Source of the DNA: Lachnospiraceae bacterium | Lineage (GTDB): Bacteria > Bacillota > Clostridia > Lachnospirales > Lachnospiraceae | NCBI GenBank assembly: GCA_021200475.1 | Contig: JAJQGP010000003.1 | Span: 18,836-82,835 of the forward strand | Length of the DNA: 64,000 bases | Reading direction: 5' to 3' | Shown: piece after piece, positions 9,066 to 17,309 of the stretch | How the letters are laid out: every line of letters begins with the position of its first letter | How positions within the stretch are numbered: the stretch's first letter is position 1 | Notes under the pieces: model-generated | Told to the model about the DNA's origin: nothing | Seen by the model: only the letters and a program-made list of their open reading frames with translations | The model's database searches: none | Translations under genes and position numbers: made by a program

Positions 9066-10352
9066 ATGAAGAATGGAGCAGATGATTCTATGAAACGCAC
9101 CACAAGGGGACGAAGGTCGACGGACTCAGATTCCGGGAAAAATGTAGATATTAAGATAAAACACTGGAAACTGCGTCTGGTTTTTGTGATTCTGTTTGCC
9201 ATCGTCGGAATCAGTGCGCTGGCCAATGGCGTGCTTGGCCTCCTCAGTTCGGATGACGGCTGGCAGGAGATTGAGGCGGATTCTTCGTCGACCGGGAACA
9301 ACGGCAGCGAATTCATTTTTGAATATTATCTGGGCGCGAGCGGCCTTTCCGTGTCTGCGGAGAAAAAGGCATTGATCTCGCTCTATACATCTGCGCTGGA
9401 GACGGCTTATCAGAATTTTCACAACGAGGAGAGCTTCGACGGCGTCAATAATATTTGCTATATCAACGCACACCCAAATGAGGAGATCGTAGTGGACGAC
9501 ATTCTCTACGATGCGTTTGCCCTAATGGAGGAATCTGGCGGCCGACAGCTTTATCTGGGGCCAATTTATACCGAATACAACAACCTGTTTTACTGCAATG
9601 ATGACTGGGAGACTGCGGAGTATGACCCGTATCAGAATGAGGAGGTGGCGGAGTATTTCGCGGAGATTTTATCCTACGCCTCTTCGGACGAACAGATTGA
9701 ATTGCGTCTGCTCGGAGATAACACCATAATGCTTTATGTTTCGGATGAATACCTGGCCTATGCAAAGGAAACAGGGTTCCTCAGCTATATTGACTTCTTC
9801 TGGATGAAAAACGCTTTCATCATTGACTACCTTGCTGATACGTTGATTGAAAATGGCTATACGCTCGGCGCGATCTCCAGCTATGACGGTTTTGTGCGGA
9901 ATCTTGACACCAGCGGAACTGAATGGACCTTCAACATTTACAACCGTGTGGAGCAGACGGTTTACCAAGCGGCCTCTATGGAATATGAGGGCGCGCGCAG
10001 CATTGTTTTCCTGCGCGATTACATGATGAACAGCAGCTTCGACGTCCAGCATTATTATGAGCTGGAGGATGGAGAATTCCGCACCGCTTATATCGATACG
10101 GCGGACGGATACTGTAAATCCTCGATTGACAGCCTGGTTTCTTATTCGGAGAATCTGGGCTGCGCAGAAATTCTGCTGCGAATGCTTCCTATCTATATCG
10201 CAGATGAATTTGATGCGGACGCACTGGAGGAACTGAGGGAGGATGGAATCTATTCGATCTATTGTGAGGAGCAGGTGATTTACTGCAATGACCCGGATGT
10301 CAGCATTACGGATCTGTATGACGAGGATGATGTGACGTATGTACTTGAATGA
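9066..10352 (+). CDS. Membrane-anchored, divergent ApbE-like (FAD:protein FMN transferase fold) protein
   Basis: N-terminal TM helix. Segments NNICYINAHPNEEIVVD, IDFFWMKNAFIIDYLADTL and HYYELEDGEFRTAYIDTADGY follow the order of ApbE motifs but are degenerate. Alternative start at 9090. Confidence 0.6.
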   Translation: MKNGADDSMKRTTRGRRSTDSDSGKNVDIKIKHWKLRLVFVILFAIVGISALANGVLGLLSSDDGWQEIEADSSSTGNNGSEFIFEYYLGASGLSVSAEKKALISLYTSALETAYQNFHNEESFDGVNNICYINAHPNEEIVVDDILYDAFALMEESGGRQLYLGPIYTEYNNLFYCNDDWETAEYDPYQNEEVAEYFAEILSYASSDEQIELRLLGDNTIMLYVSDEYLAYAKETGFLSYIDFFWMKNAFIIDYLADTLIENGYTLGAISSYDGFVRNLDTSGTEWTFNIYNRVEQTVYQAASMEYEGARSIVFLRDYMMNSSFDVQHYYELEDGEFRTAYIDTADGYCKSSIDSLVSYSENLGCAEILLRMLPIYIADEFDADALEELREDGIYSIYCEEQVIYCNDPDVSITDLYDEDDVTYVLE

Positions 10353-10480
10353 AAAGATTCCCAATTCAAACGAAGGAGCTGTTGAAATAACTCATGCCTT
10401 TTGTATCGCCTGAGACATTGCATAAGGTGTTTTTCGATAGCTTTTGACGTCGATATTTCAGGGAGATGTGTGGGGAAAAA

Positions 10481-12046
10481 ATGAAAAAATATCTTAATAC
10501 GATACGTTGGTATATCGTCGGTACCATTGCGGCGAACTTTATAGAAGCAGTCATTAGCGCGGTTATGCTGCTGTTTCCCGGTTGGCTTATTGATAACTAT
10601 CAAAAAGGGTTTGCATATACAGGAAAACTTCTGGCTGCATACGCGGGTGTGTTCCTGATTTATCTTGTTGAGGCATATTGTTCCAATCGTCTGGCGGATT
10701 ACCGCCGCATCCGGTTCGAAAAAGCCATAAAGAAGGACTTTTTTGATGCCGTAATTCAGCGAGACTTTGGGACATTTCACCAGTATGATGTGGCGGAATA
10801 CATTTCCATGCAGGCAAATGACATTACAGAAATGTGCCAGAACTACTTGAGCCCTCTGCTTTCTATCATTCGCTCCGTTATGATGATCGCTGTATACGGA
10901 GTGTTTCTGGTGATTTTTGTAGATATCTCCATTGCTATGGTGATTCTGATTTTCTCTGTAGCGGTGGTTTTTGTGCCGAAGCTCACGGAGAAAGATCTGG
11001 CGAAGCGGAATAAGGGCTATATGGACGGGATTGGCCGCTATACCGCTTCCGCGAAGCTTCTGTATGAAGCTCATGATATTCTGAATTTTAAGGGACGAAA
11101 AAAACTCACTGAGCTTCACGACGGGGAGTTGGATCATGTTCTGAACCTTAATATGCATTTTCGGAAGCTGAACAGCCTGGCCATGGTATTGAACGGCGGT
11201 TCTGTGGAAGCAATTGGCGTGATTGTTTTTGCAGTGATAGCTATTTTACTTGGAAATCACGCCATTACCCTTGGGATGGCGGTCAACGCCTTTACCTACA
11301 GCACCAAATTCATTGACCCCATGTACGAAATGAATATTTGTATCGGCATGGTCAATTCCGTTCGTGAGATACAGAAAAAATTGTTGGAGATCATTGGAAG
11401 CGGCATGGACGATGCTCCCGCAGATCTGCCAGCTGCGCCGGAAATCCACAGAATTTCCGCGACAGCTATGAAAAAGCACTATGACAGCGCGGACATCCGA
11501 ACCCCGGCGGCAGAGCTGTCTTTTCCGAAAAAATATCTGGTTTTGGGAGAAAACGGTGCGGGAAAAAGTGTATTCTTTCGCCTGCTCATGCATTTTGAGG
11601 AAGCTGATTCCGGTGCGGTTTTCTATAACGGATGCAAGGAGAGTGATTTCATTTCTGAAAGTATCTGTTATGTGCCCCAGGCTCCGGTGATTTTTAATGC
11701 CTCCTATCTGGAAAACGTGACGGTCTATGGCGCTTATGATGGGAAGAAGCTAAAAGAATATGAAGCGTATTTTCCGGCCGACATGATTTCCCATATTAAG
11801 AGCAGCACGAATCCTCTGAACATGAGCGGTGGGGAGAAACAGGTGGTTGCTCTGCTTCGGGCGTTATGCAGCGGAAAGGATATGATATTTCTGGACGAGC
11901 CCTTTGCAGCCATGAACCAGCATACGATTGATGAATTTATGAAGCATATAGCACAAATAAACCGAACATTGGTTATCATTGCCCACAATTTAGAACCGTA
12001 TGCGGAACAATTCGACGAACAGATCTGGATTTGTCGTGAGATGTAG
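10481..12046 (+). CDS. ABC exporter, fused TM domain plus NBD
   Basis: About 6 TM helices, then Walker A GENGAGKS, signature MSGGEKQ and Walker B IFLDEP. Confidence 0.85.
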   Translation: MKKYLNTIRWYIVGTIAANFIEAVISAVMLLFPGWLIDNYQKGFAYTGKLLAAYAGVFLIYLVEAYCSNRLADYRRIRFEKAIKKDFFDAVIQRDFGTFHQYDVAEYISMQANDITEMCQNYLSPLLSIIRSVMMIAVYGVFLVIFVDISIAMVILIFSVAVVFVPKLTEKDLAKRNKGYMDGIGRYTASAKLLYEAHDILNFKGRKKLTELHDGELDHVLNLNMHFRKLNSLAMVLNGGSVEAIGVIVFAVIAILLGNHAITLGMAVNAFTYSTKFIDPMYEMNICIGMVNSVREIQKKLLEIIGSGMDDAPADLPAAPEIHRISATAMKKHYDSADIRTPAAELSFPKKYLVLGENGAGKSVFFRLLMHFEEADSGAVFYNGCKESDFISESICYVPQAPVIFNASYLENVTVYGAYDGKKLKEYEAYFPADMISHIKSSTNPLNMSGGEKQVVALLRALCSGKDMIFLDEPFAAMNQHTIDEFMKHIAQINRTLVIIAHNLEPYAEQFDEQIWICREM

Positions 12047-12094
12047 AAAATGAAAAGGTTTGCTGTTAGATTATAAGTGAAAGGGGATGCTATA

Positions 12095-12271
12095 ATGGGG
12101 GAAACAGGAATGTCAGAGAAGGTTTTAGTGGATCAGACAATACGGGAATATGTCAATTTACAGAGGATAAAGAACACGGATGACAAAGAGAAAGAGCTGG
12201 AATACCAGGAAAAGGTTTTGAAAGCCAGGTTATCATCGATGGGGATTCCGACAGAAAATCTGGAACCTTGA
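12095..12271 (+). CDS. Small charged hypothetical protein (start 12095 or 12110)
   Basis: SD-like AAGGGG; helical, charged sequence of ~55 aa (YVNLQRIK...ELEYQEK.LKARL..MGI); followed by a terminator-like hairpin. Confidence 0.7.
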   Translation: MGETGMSEKVLVDQTIREYVNLQRIKNTDDKEKELEYQEKVLKARLSSMGIPTENLEP

Positions 12272-12343
12272 AGTAACTGTAAAGGAATGGAACAGTTGAT
12301 TTTAAGGATTGCAGAGTGATTCTTACATATTACAGAGTGAGTG

Positions 12344-12374
12344 AGAGCCTGCCGTGTTATGCGGCAGGCTCTTT
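12344..12374 (+). terminator. Intrinsic terminator-like hairpin
   Basis: AGAGCCTGCCG-7 nt-CGGCAGGCTCT, followed by TT. Confidence 0.65.
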
Positions 12375-12504
12375 GACCGGAAAAGCTTATTGCCGTTTCA
12401 AAATTATACGGGTTTTTATTGAGGTGAATCGGAATATAAAAAGAAAATATTAAAATATTATAGGATTAACTTAAAAATAAAACAAAGCAAATAAATAATG
12501 CATG

Positions 12505-12532
12505 TTGACATTTCTGAATTAAGTGATATCAT
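12505..12532 (+). promoter_or_regulatory. Promoter of the Rpn-like gene
   Basis: TTGACA (12505-12510), 16 bp spacer, extended -10 TG-A-TATCAT. Confidence 0.6.
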
Positions 12533-12648
12533 ATAAAATATCTAACTGCAAAACAGAAACATATCATTTCATACATCAGATAAATCAGAAATCAAAGTGA
12601 AAATAATCCCAAAAATGAATAGCCAATAACGAAGAGATGGAGTAAAAT

Positions 12649-13674
12649 ATGAGAGATAAGACAAAGAATGTAGAAAAACAACTGCAAACAGAGGAACCGC
12701 CTCAGCAGGAGGTAAATGTACCTGGAGACTTGAATCAGATAGAAGATGGCGTCATGAAAAAAATGATGCAGTTTTTTGCTGATGAAATGCTTCCGGTTTT
12801 TGGCATTTCAAAGAAAGTAAAAGCTCTTGCACCTACGGAGCAGGTGCGCATGGAACTCAAAAAGGGATTGCAGGATTTCAATCTTGTGATGGAAGATAAC
12901 AGTATCGCACATTTTGAGTTTCAGTCGACCAATGGGGGCAGACGCGATTTGAGAAGATTTCGCCTGTATGAGGCAGATACCAGCTATCAGCTTCGCCAGC
13001 CTGTTACTACGTATGTATTGTTTTCGGGCAATATTAAGAATCCTAAGACAAAGCTTAAGGAAGGAATCAATACATATAAGATCATACCAATTATCATGAA
13101 GAAGCAGAATGCAGATCGTATCCTGAGGCAATTGAAAGAGAAACTGAAAACCGGTCAGCCATTAACTCGAAAAGATCTGGTGATTCTTCCCATGCTCCCA
13201 ATTATGGGTGGGAAGATTTCGATAAAAGATCGGATCAAAACCGCTTACAATATTACAAAGAATGCAAACCTTATATCACGAGACGATGTGCGACTGGTTG
13301 AGTCGGCCATCTATGCGATGGCTACAAAGTTTTTGGACAAAAATGCATTAAATGAAGTGAAGGAGGAATTTACAATGAATATATTCGGAGAACTTATTGT
13401 GGAAGGGAGAGAAAAGGGCCTTATGGAGGGTCGTAAGGAGGGCCGTAAGGAAGGCCGCAAAGAGGGTCGCATAGAGGGCCGCATAGAAGGCCGCAAAGAG
13501 GGCCGTAAAGAAGGCCGCATAGAAGGTCGACAAGAAGTAATTACCGAGCAGGTAGAAAAGAAATTGAAAAAAGGAAAGACTGTTGAAGAAATTGCGGATG
13601 CTTTAGAACTGGATGAAGTTACGATCAGAGAAGTAATTGAGAAATTGTCCGGAAAGCAGCTGGTGAATGCCTGA
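12649..13674 (+). CDS. Rpn-family-like PD-(D/E)XK nuclease / putative transposase
   Basis: QDF...AHFEFQS nuclease-type motif, EG(R)xEG tandem repeats and a C-terminal helix-turn-helix-like tail (KTVEEIADALEL), all typical of Rpn/YhgA-like proteins. Confidence 0.75.
   Translation: MRDKTKNVEKQLQTEEPPQQEVNVPGDLNQIEDGVMKKMMQFFADEMLPVFGISKKVKALAPTEQVRMELKKGLQDFNLVMEDNSIAHFEFQSTNGGRRDLRRFRLYEADTSYQLRQPVTTYVLFSGNIKNPKTKLKEGINTYKIIPIIMKKQNADRILRQLKEKLKTGQPLTRKDLVILPMLPIMGGKISIKDRIKTAYNITKNANLISRDDVRLVESAIYAMATKFLDKNALNEVKEEFTMNIFGELIVEGREKGLMEGRKEGRKEGRKEGRIEGRIEGRKEGRKEGRIEGRQEVITEQVEKKLKKGKTVEEIADALELDEVTIREVIEKLSGKQLVNA
13375..13674 (+). CDS. Putative intragenic small protein (RpnS-like, 99 aa), in frame with the Rpn-like gene
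   Basis: AAGGAGG at 13360-13366, 8 nt spacer, in-frame ATG at 13375. Confidence 0.6.
   Translation: MNIFGELIVEGREKGLMEGRKEGRKEGRKEGRIEGRIEGRKEGRKEGRIEGRQEVITEQVEKKLKKGKTVEEIADALELDEVTIREVIEKLSGKQLVNA
13426..13533 (+). repeat. Nine 12-nt tandem coding repeats (EGR[K/I/Q])
   Basis: Direct repeats of the GA(A/G)GGC/TCGY-type unit encoding EGRK/EGRI/EGRQ. Confidence 0.95.
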
Positions 13675-13720
13675 AAAGCAACTATTTTAGAGTAGCGTTC
13701 TGAAAATTGGGATAAAAACA

Positions 13721-14272
13721 ATGAATTATAAGATAATACGCAGCAACCGAAAAACAATTTCCCTCCAGGTAAGGGAAGAGGGCGTGATTGTCCGCGCACC
13801 GTATCGGATGTCGGACGCGGCGATCGCACAGTTCGTGCAGCAACATACGGACTGGATATTGAAGCAGCAGAATAAGCTTTCCGAGGCGCTGAAGAATCAG
13901 CCGGAGGTGGAGCGGCTTACTATGGAAGAGCTTCGCGCACTGGCGGATCAGGCTTTGAAGGTGATACCGGAGAGGGTGAGGTATTACGCTCCGCAGGTAG
14001 GCGTGACTTACGGGCGGATTACGATTCGGAATCAGAGATCACGCTGGGGAAGCTGTTCTGCAAAAGGGAATTTGAATTTTAATTGCCTGCTGATGCTGAC
14101 TCCGCCGGAGGTGATTGACAGCGTGGTGGTGCATGAGCTTTGCCATCGGAAGGAAATGAATCATTCGAAGGCTTTTTACGCGGAAGTGCTGCGCGTCTTT
14201 CCGGATTATTATAAATGGGACAGATGGCTCAAAGAGCATGGCAATGAATTGATGCGGCGAATGACCGGTTAA
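13721..14272 (+). CDS. YgjP/DUF45-like M48 metallopeptidase-family protein
   Basis: RSNRKTISL N-terminus, SRWGSC, VVVHELCH (HExxH), NHSKAFY. Confidence 0.85.
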   Translation: MNYKIIRSNRKTISLQVREEGVIVRAPYRMSDAAIAQFVQQHTDWILKQQNKLSEALKNQPEVERLTMEELRALADQALKVIPERVRYYAPQVGVTYGRITIRNQRSRWGSCSAKGNLNFNCLLMLTPPEVIDSVVVHELCHRKEMNHSKAFYAEVLRVFPDYYKWDRWLKEHGNELMRRMTG

Positions 14273-14313
14273 GATTTTATTCATTCTGCATATTTGGTGA
14301 TTGGGGGAAAAAG

Positions 14314-14634
14314 ATGATTTATACATTAGATGAACTCAAGTCAAGGGTAAATCCTGTCGCGAAAAAATATCAGTTGAAAGCAGTTTATCTTTTTGGTTCC
14401 TATGCCAGAAATGAAGCGACCGAAGAAAGTGATGTAGATATTCTTGTAGACAGACAGGGGTCTGTTATTCGAGGCCTGTTTGAGATGGGTGGACTATACA
14501 ATGACTTAAAGGAGAGCGTAGGTAAGGAAATTGACCTTGTAACCACACAGATGTTGGAGCAGAAAAGTACCCGGGAACGAACTCCGTGGTTCGTTGATAA
14601 TTTAAAAGAGGAGATGGTGAAAATATATGAATAA
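14314..14634 (+). CDS. Minimal nucleotidyltransferase (MNT) antitoxin
   Basis: YLFGSYARNEATEESDVDILVD (GSx10DxD). Confidence 0.9.
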   Translation: MIYTLDELKSRVNPVAKKYQLKAVYLFGSYARNEATEESDVDILVDRQGSVIRGLFEMGGLYNDLKESVGKEIDLVTTQMLEQKSTRERTPWFVDNLKEEMVKIYE

Positions 14635-14972
14635 AAGTGATAAAGAGCGGTTGATCCATATCTGCAGGCATTGCAAGGATATTGAGGAGTTTATTCAGCG
14701 GTTTGGCAATGATTTTTACGTTTTTACAAATGATAGAGCATATGTGAATGCGGTTTGTATGAGCGTCCTTCAAATTGGCGAATGGCCTTTCAGAAGAATA
14801 TCGGTCTGAGACGAAAAATCTCATGCCATGGGGAATGATACGTGGAATGCGAAATTGGCTTGCGCATGCATATTCTTCTATGGATGAGAGCATCATATGG
14901 GAAACAGCAACGAATGATATTCCGGCGTTATTAAGGTTTTGCTGCGACCAATTGAGCGATGAAAAGAATTAA
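14627..14972 (+). pseudogene. HEPN/DUF86 toxin, frameshifted
   Basis: Two overlapping ORFs (…LQIGE in one frame, ANGLSEE…RNWLAH… in another); the Rx4H motif is intact; overlaps the MNT stop codon. Confidence 0.85.
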
Positions 14973-15049
14973 ATGGAAACCAGAAGGAGTGTACACACTA
15001 TATAAGCGAGCAGGAGACTGATATGTGTCTCCTGCTCACAACAATTACA

Positions 15050-17047
15050 TTACAGCGCCGCCACGATTTTTGCCGCGCGGCGGCCAAAGGTCATGGTGCG
15101 GCCGCAGGCCAGTCCGGTGAAGAGATTCGGGTAGGTCTGGGAGAAGAAGCCGCCGGTGCAGTCGCCGGTTGCGTACAGGCCTTCGATGGCGGTGCCGTCC
15201 TCGCGGATGACCTGCATATCGGTGTTGATGCGGCAGCCGTTCAGGGTGGTCAGGTGCCATGCGCCGGTGCGGACGCCGTAGAATGGCGCGGTGTCGACCG
15301 GGGTCATGCGGTGCGCTTCTTTGCCATAGTCCTCATCTACGCCTGCCGCGCACAGCTCGTTATAGCGCTCAACGGTGGTGACGAAGGTACCTGCCGGGAT
15401 ATTCAGCTTTTCTGCGAGCTCTTCGAGGGTGTCGGCTTTCTGCACATAGCCGTCCTCGATCAGAGTCTCGACGGAGCTCCATACATAATCATAGGTCATA
15501 TTGGAGAGCGCGCCGTTCGGGAACGCAAACAGACGGCAGCAGCCGACCTCGTCAAACTGTTCCGCATACTGCTCGTTATTCGCGTCGAAAATGTCACAGT
15601 AGGTATGATTGGGCTGCATACACATCGAGTGGAGCATGAATTCATACGGGCCGGACTCGTTGCAGAAGCGCTCACCGTTTAAGTTTACCTTCAGGAAGGG
15701 CTGCTCGCCAAACCAGAACCAGCGGCCGGTGGTCTCGTATCCGGCTGTCTCGGTCGGCAGACAGCAGCAGCGGTTGAACATCATGGACGCATGGGTCGGG
15801 TCAAGTGCGGCTCCTGCCCAGAGCATGGCTTTGATGCCGGAGCCGTCGCAGGTGGAGCCAAGGGTGTAATTGATTTTCATATCCAATGTCTGCGGCTGAA
15901 GCGCTTTCATCATCTGCGTGTTGGTTGCGTAGCCGCCCGTGCACATGATGACGCCCTTTGTCGCGGTGATACGAATATAATGCTCGTCGTTCTGATCCTG
16001 CGCGATGATGCCGGTCACTTTTCCGGCCGAATCCTGTTCCAGCCTGATCAGCGCGGTAGAGAGCTTCCATTCTACGCCGAGCTCATCGCAATGTGCCTGG
16101 AATGTCGTATTTAATGTGGTGCCTTCCGGAGCGTCATCGGTAGTGTGCGGGCTGTGGCCGGTTGCGTAGGCTTTGTCACGTCCGGGATCGTCCGTATTGC
16201 CGACGCCGCCTTCCAGACTCATGTACCAGTTCCCGGTGCTCTCCAGCAGCTCGGTCAGCCAGTCCACCAGCTCACCGCTGTTGTCCTCCCAGCAGCGGAT
16301 CAGGTTGGAATCCACATAGCCTCCGCCGTAGCGGACGATATCCTGCATGGCCTCAATTTTATCAATCTCAAATTCCGGGTATTCCTCAAAGGAAGCCAGC
16401 TGAAGGGAAGAATTGATCGCACCGATGTCCTCGCGCGGTCCGGTCGGGGATTCCCGTTTCTCAACAACGAGCACTTTCGCGCCCTCTTCTGCAGCGGTCA
16501 TGGCGGCAATCCATCCGCCGGAGCCGCAGCCGACCACGAGTACTTCTGTTTCCAGCTCTTCTGTGATGTCGGACTCCGCAATTTCCGGAGCCTCGCCCAG
16601 CCATTCGGCCGCTTCCTCTTCCTCGCCGCTGACGGTCACGGAAATACCGGACGCCTGAGAAATACAGTTCGCCGCGGCCTGTTTCACTGCGTCGCTGGTC
16701 ACGGTAGCACCGGACACTGCGTCCACGTCACAGCTCTGGGAGTTTAGAATTGCCTGTACCATCTCATCGCCGATGTCGGCGCCGATGCCGGCCGTCTCGC
16801 CGGAAACATCGATCTGCACATCGGTAATGCTTGTCTCATCAAAGGTCATGGTGACTGTCACAACACTGCCGATGCCCTTGGCCACCGCGGAATAGGTCCC
16901 TGGGGTGTAGGAGAGTGCCTCGGCGGCCAGTACCTTTGCACCTGCGGCGCTCTCTGCGCCTGGCAATACATGGATCGCTGCCGCACCTGCGGCGGTCGCT
17001 GCCATCGTTTTGATGAAATCTCTGCGTGAAATTGATTGCTTTGCCAT
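15050..17047 (-). CDS. Tat-exported flavoprotein reductase: FMN-binding domain plus FAD-binding (flavocytochrome c/fumarate reductase superfamily) domain
   Basis: Start 17047 with GGAGG SD; SRRDFIK signal; flavinylation motif DAVSGATVTS (16694-16723); GCGSGG FAD motif; GLYATGD. Confidence 0.88.
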   Translation of the reverse strand: MAKQSISRRDFIKTMAATAAGAAAIHVLPGAESAAGAKVLAAEALSYTPGTYSAVAKGIGSVVTVTMTFDETSITDVQIDVSGETAGIGADIGDEMVQAILNSQSCDVDAVSGATVTSDAVKQAAANCISQASGISVTVSGEEEEAAEWLGEAPEIAESDITEELETEVLVVGCGSGGWIAAMTAAEEGAKVLVVEKRESPTGPREDIGAINSSLQLASFEEYPEFEIDKIEAMQDIVRYGGGYVDSNLIRCWEDNSGELVDWLTELLESTGNWYMSLEGGVGNTDDPGRDKAYATGHSPHTTDDAPEGTTLNTTFQAHCDELGVEWKLSTALIRLEQDSAGKVTGIIAQDQNDEHYIRITATKGVIMCTGGYATNTQMMKALQPQTLDMKINYTLGSTCDGSGIKAMLWAGAALDPTHASMMFNRCCCLPTETAGYETTGRWFWFGEQPFLKVNLNGERFCNESGPYEFMLHSMCMQPNHTYCDIFDANNEQYAEQFDEVGCCRLFAFPNGALSNMTYDYVWSSVETLIEDGYVQKADTLEELAEKLNIPAGTFVTTVERYNELCAAGVDEDYGKEAHRMTPVDTAPFYGVRTGAWHLTTLNGCRINTDMQVIREDGTAIEGLYATGDCTGGFFSQTYPNLFTGLACGRTMTFGRRAAKIVAAL

Positions 17048-17309
17048 AGCATTTTCCTCCTGAAAGAATAGATGATTTGGTTTTTCTGATGCATTCATTT
17101 TACTATAACCCGCAGGAAATGAAAAGTAAAAAAACAGGTGATTCCAGAAGAATACCAAAAGGTATGGTTTACGATGGATGCTGATGCCCGAATTGGATGT
17201 AAAATGAATTTGCCGAAGAAAAATGCATTGACGGGGAAGCGGTTTCTATTTTATGATAGCGGCATAAAGGTTTTCCTTCGTAACTGGGTTATAATAGGAC
17301 AGGGGATGG

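Noticed and set aside
10348-10480. Tiny ORF (MKRFPIQTKELLK) as a peptide precursor for the exporter
   Set aside because: It has no SD, no double-glycine or other leader motif, and it overlaps the upstream stop codon.
14775-14972. Treating the downstream HEPN ORF as an independent gene, or as a programmed frameshift
   Set aside because: The TTG start lacks an SD, there is no slippery heptamer, and a single 8 bp deletion explains the break.
15023-15682. 219 aa + strand ORF overlapping the reductase
   Set aside because: It is antisense to a well-supported gene and has no recognisable features.
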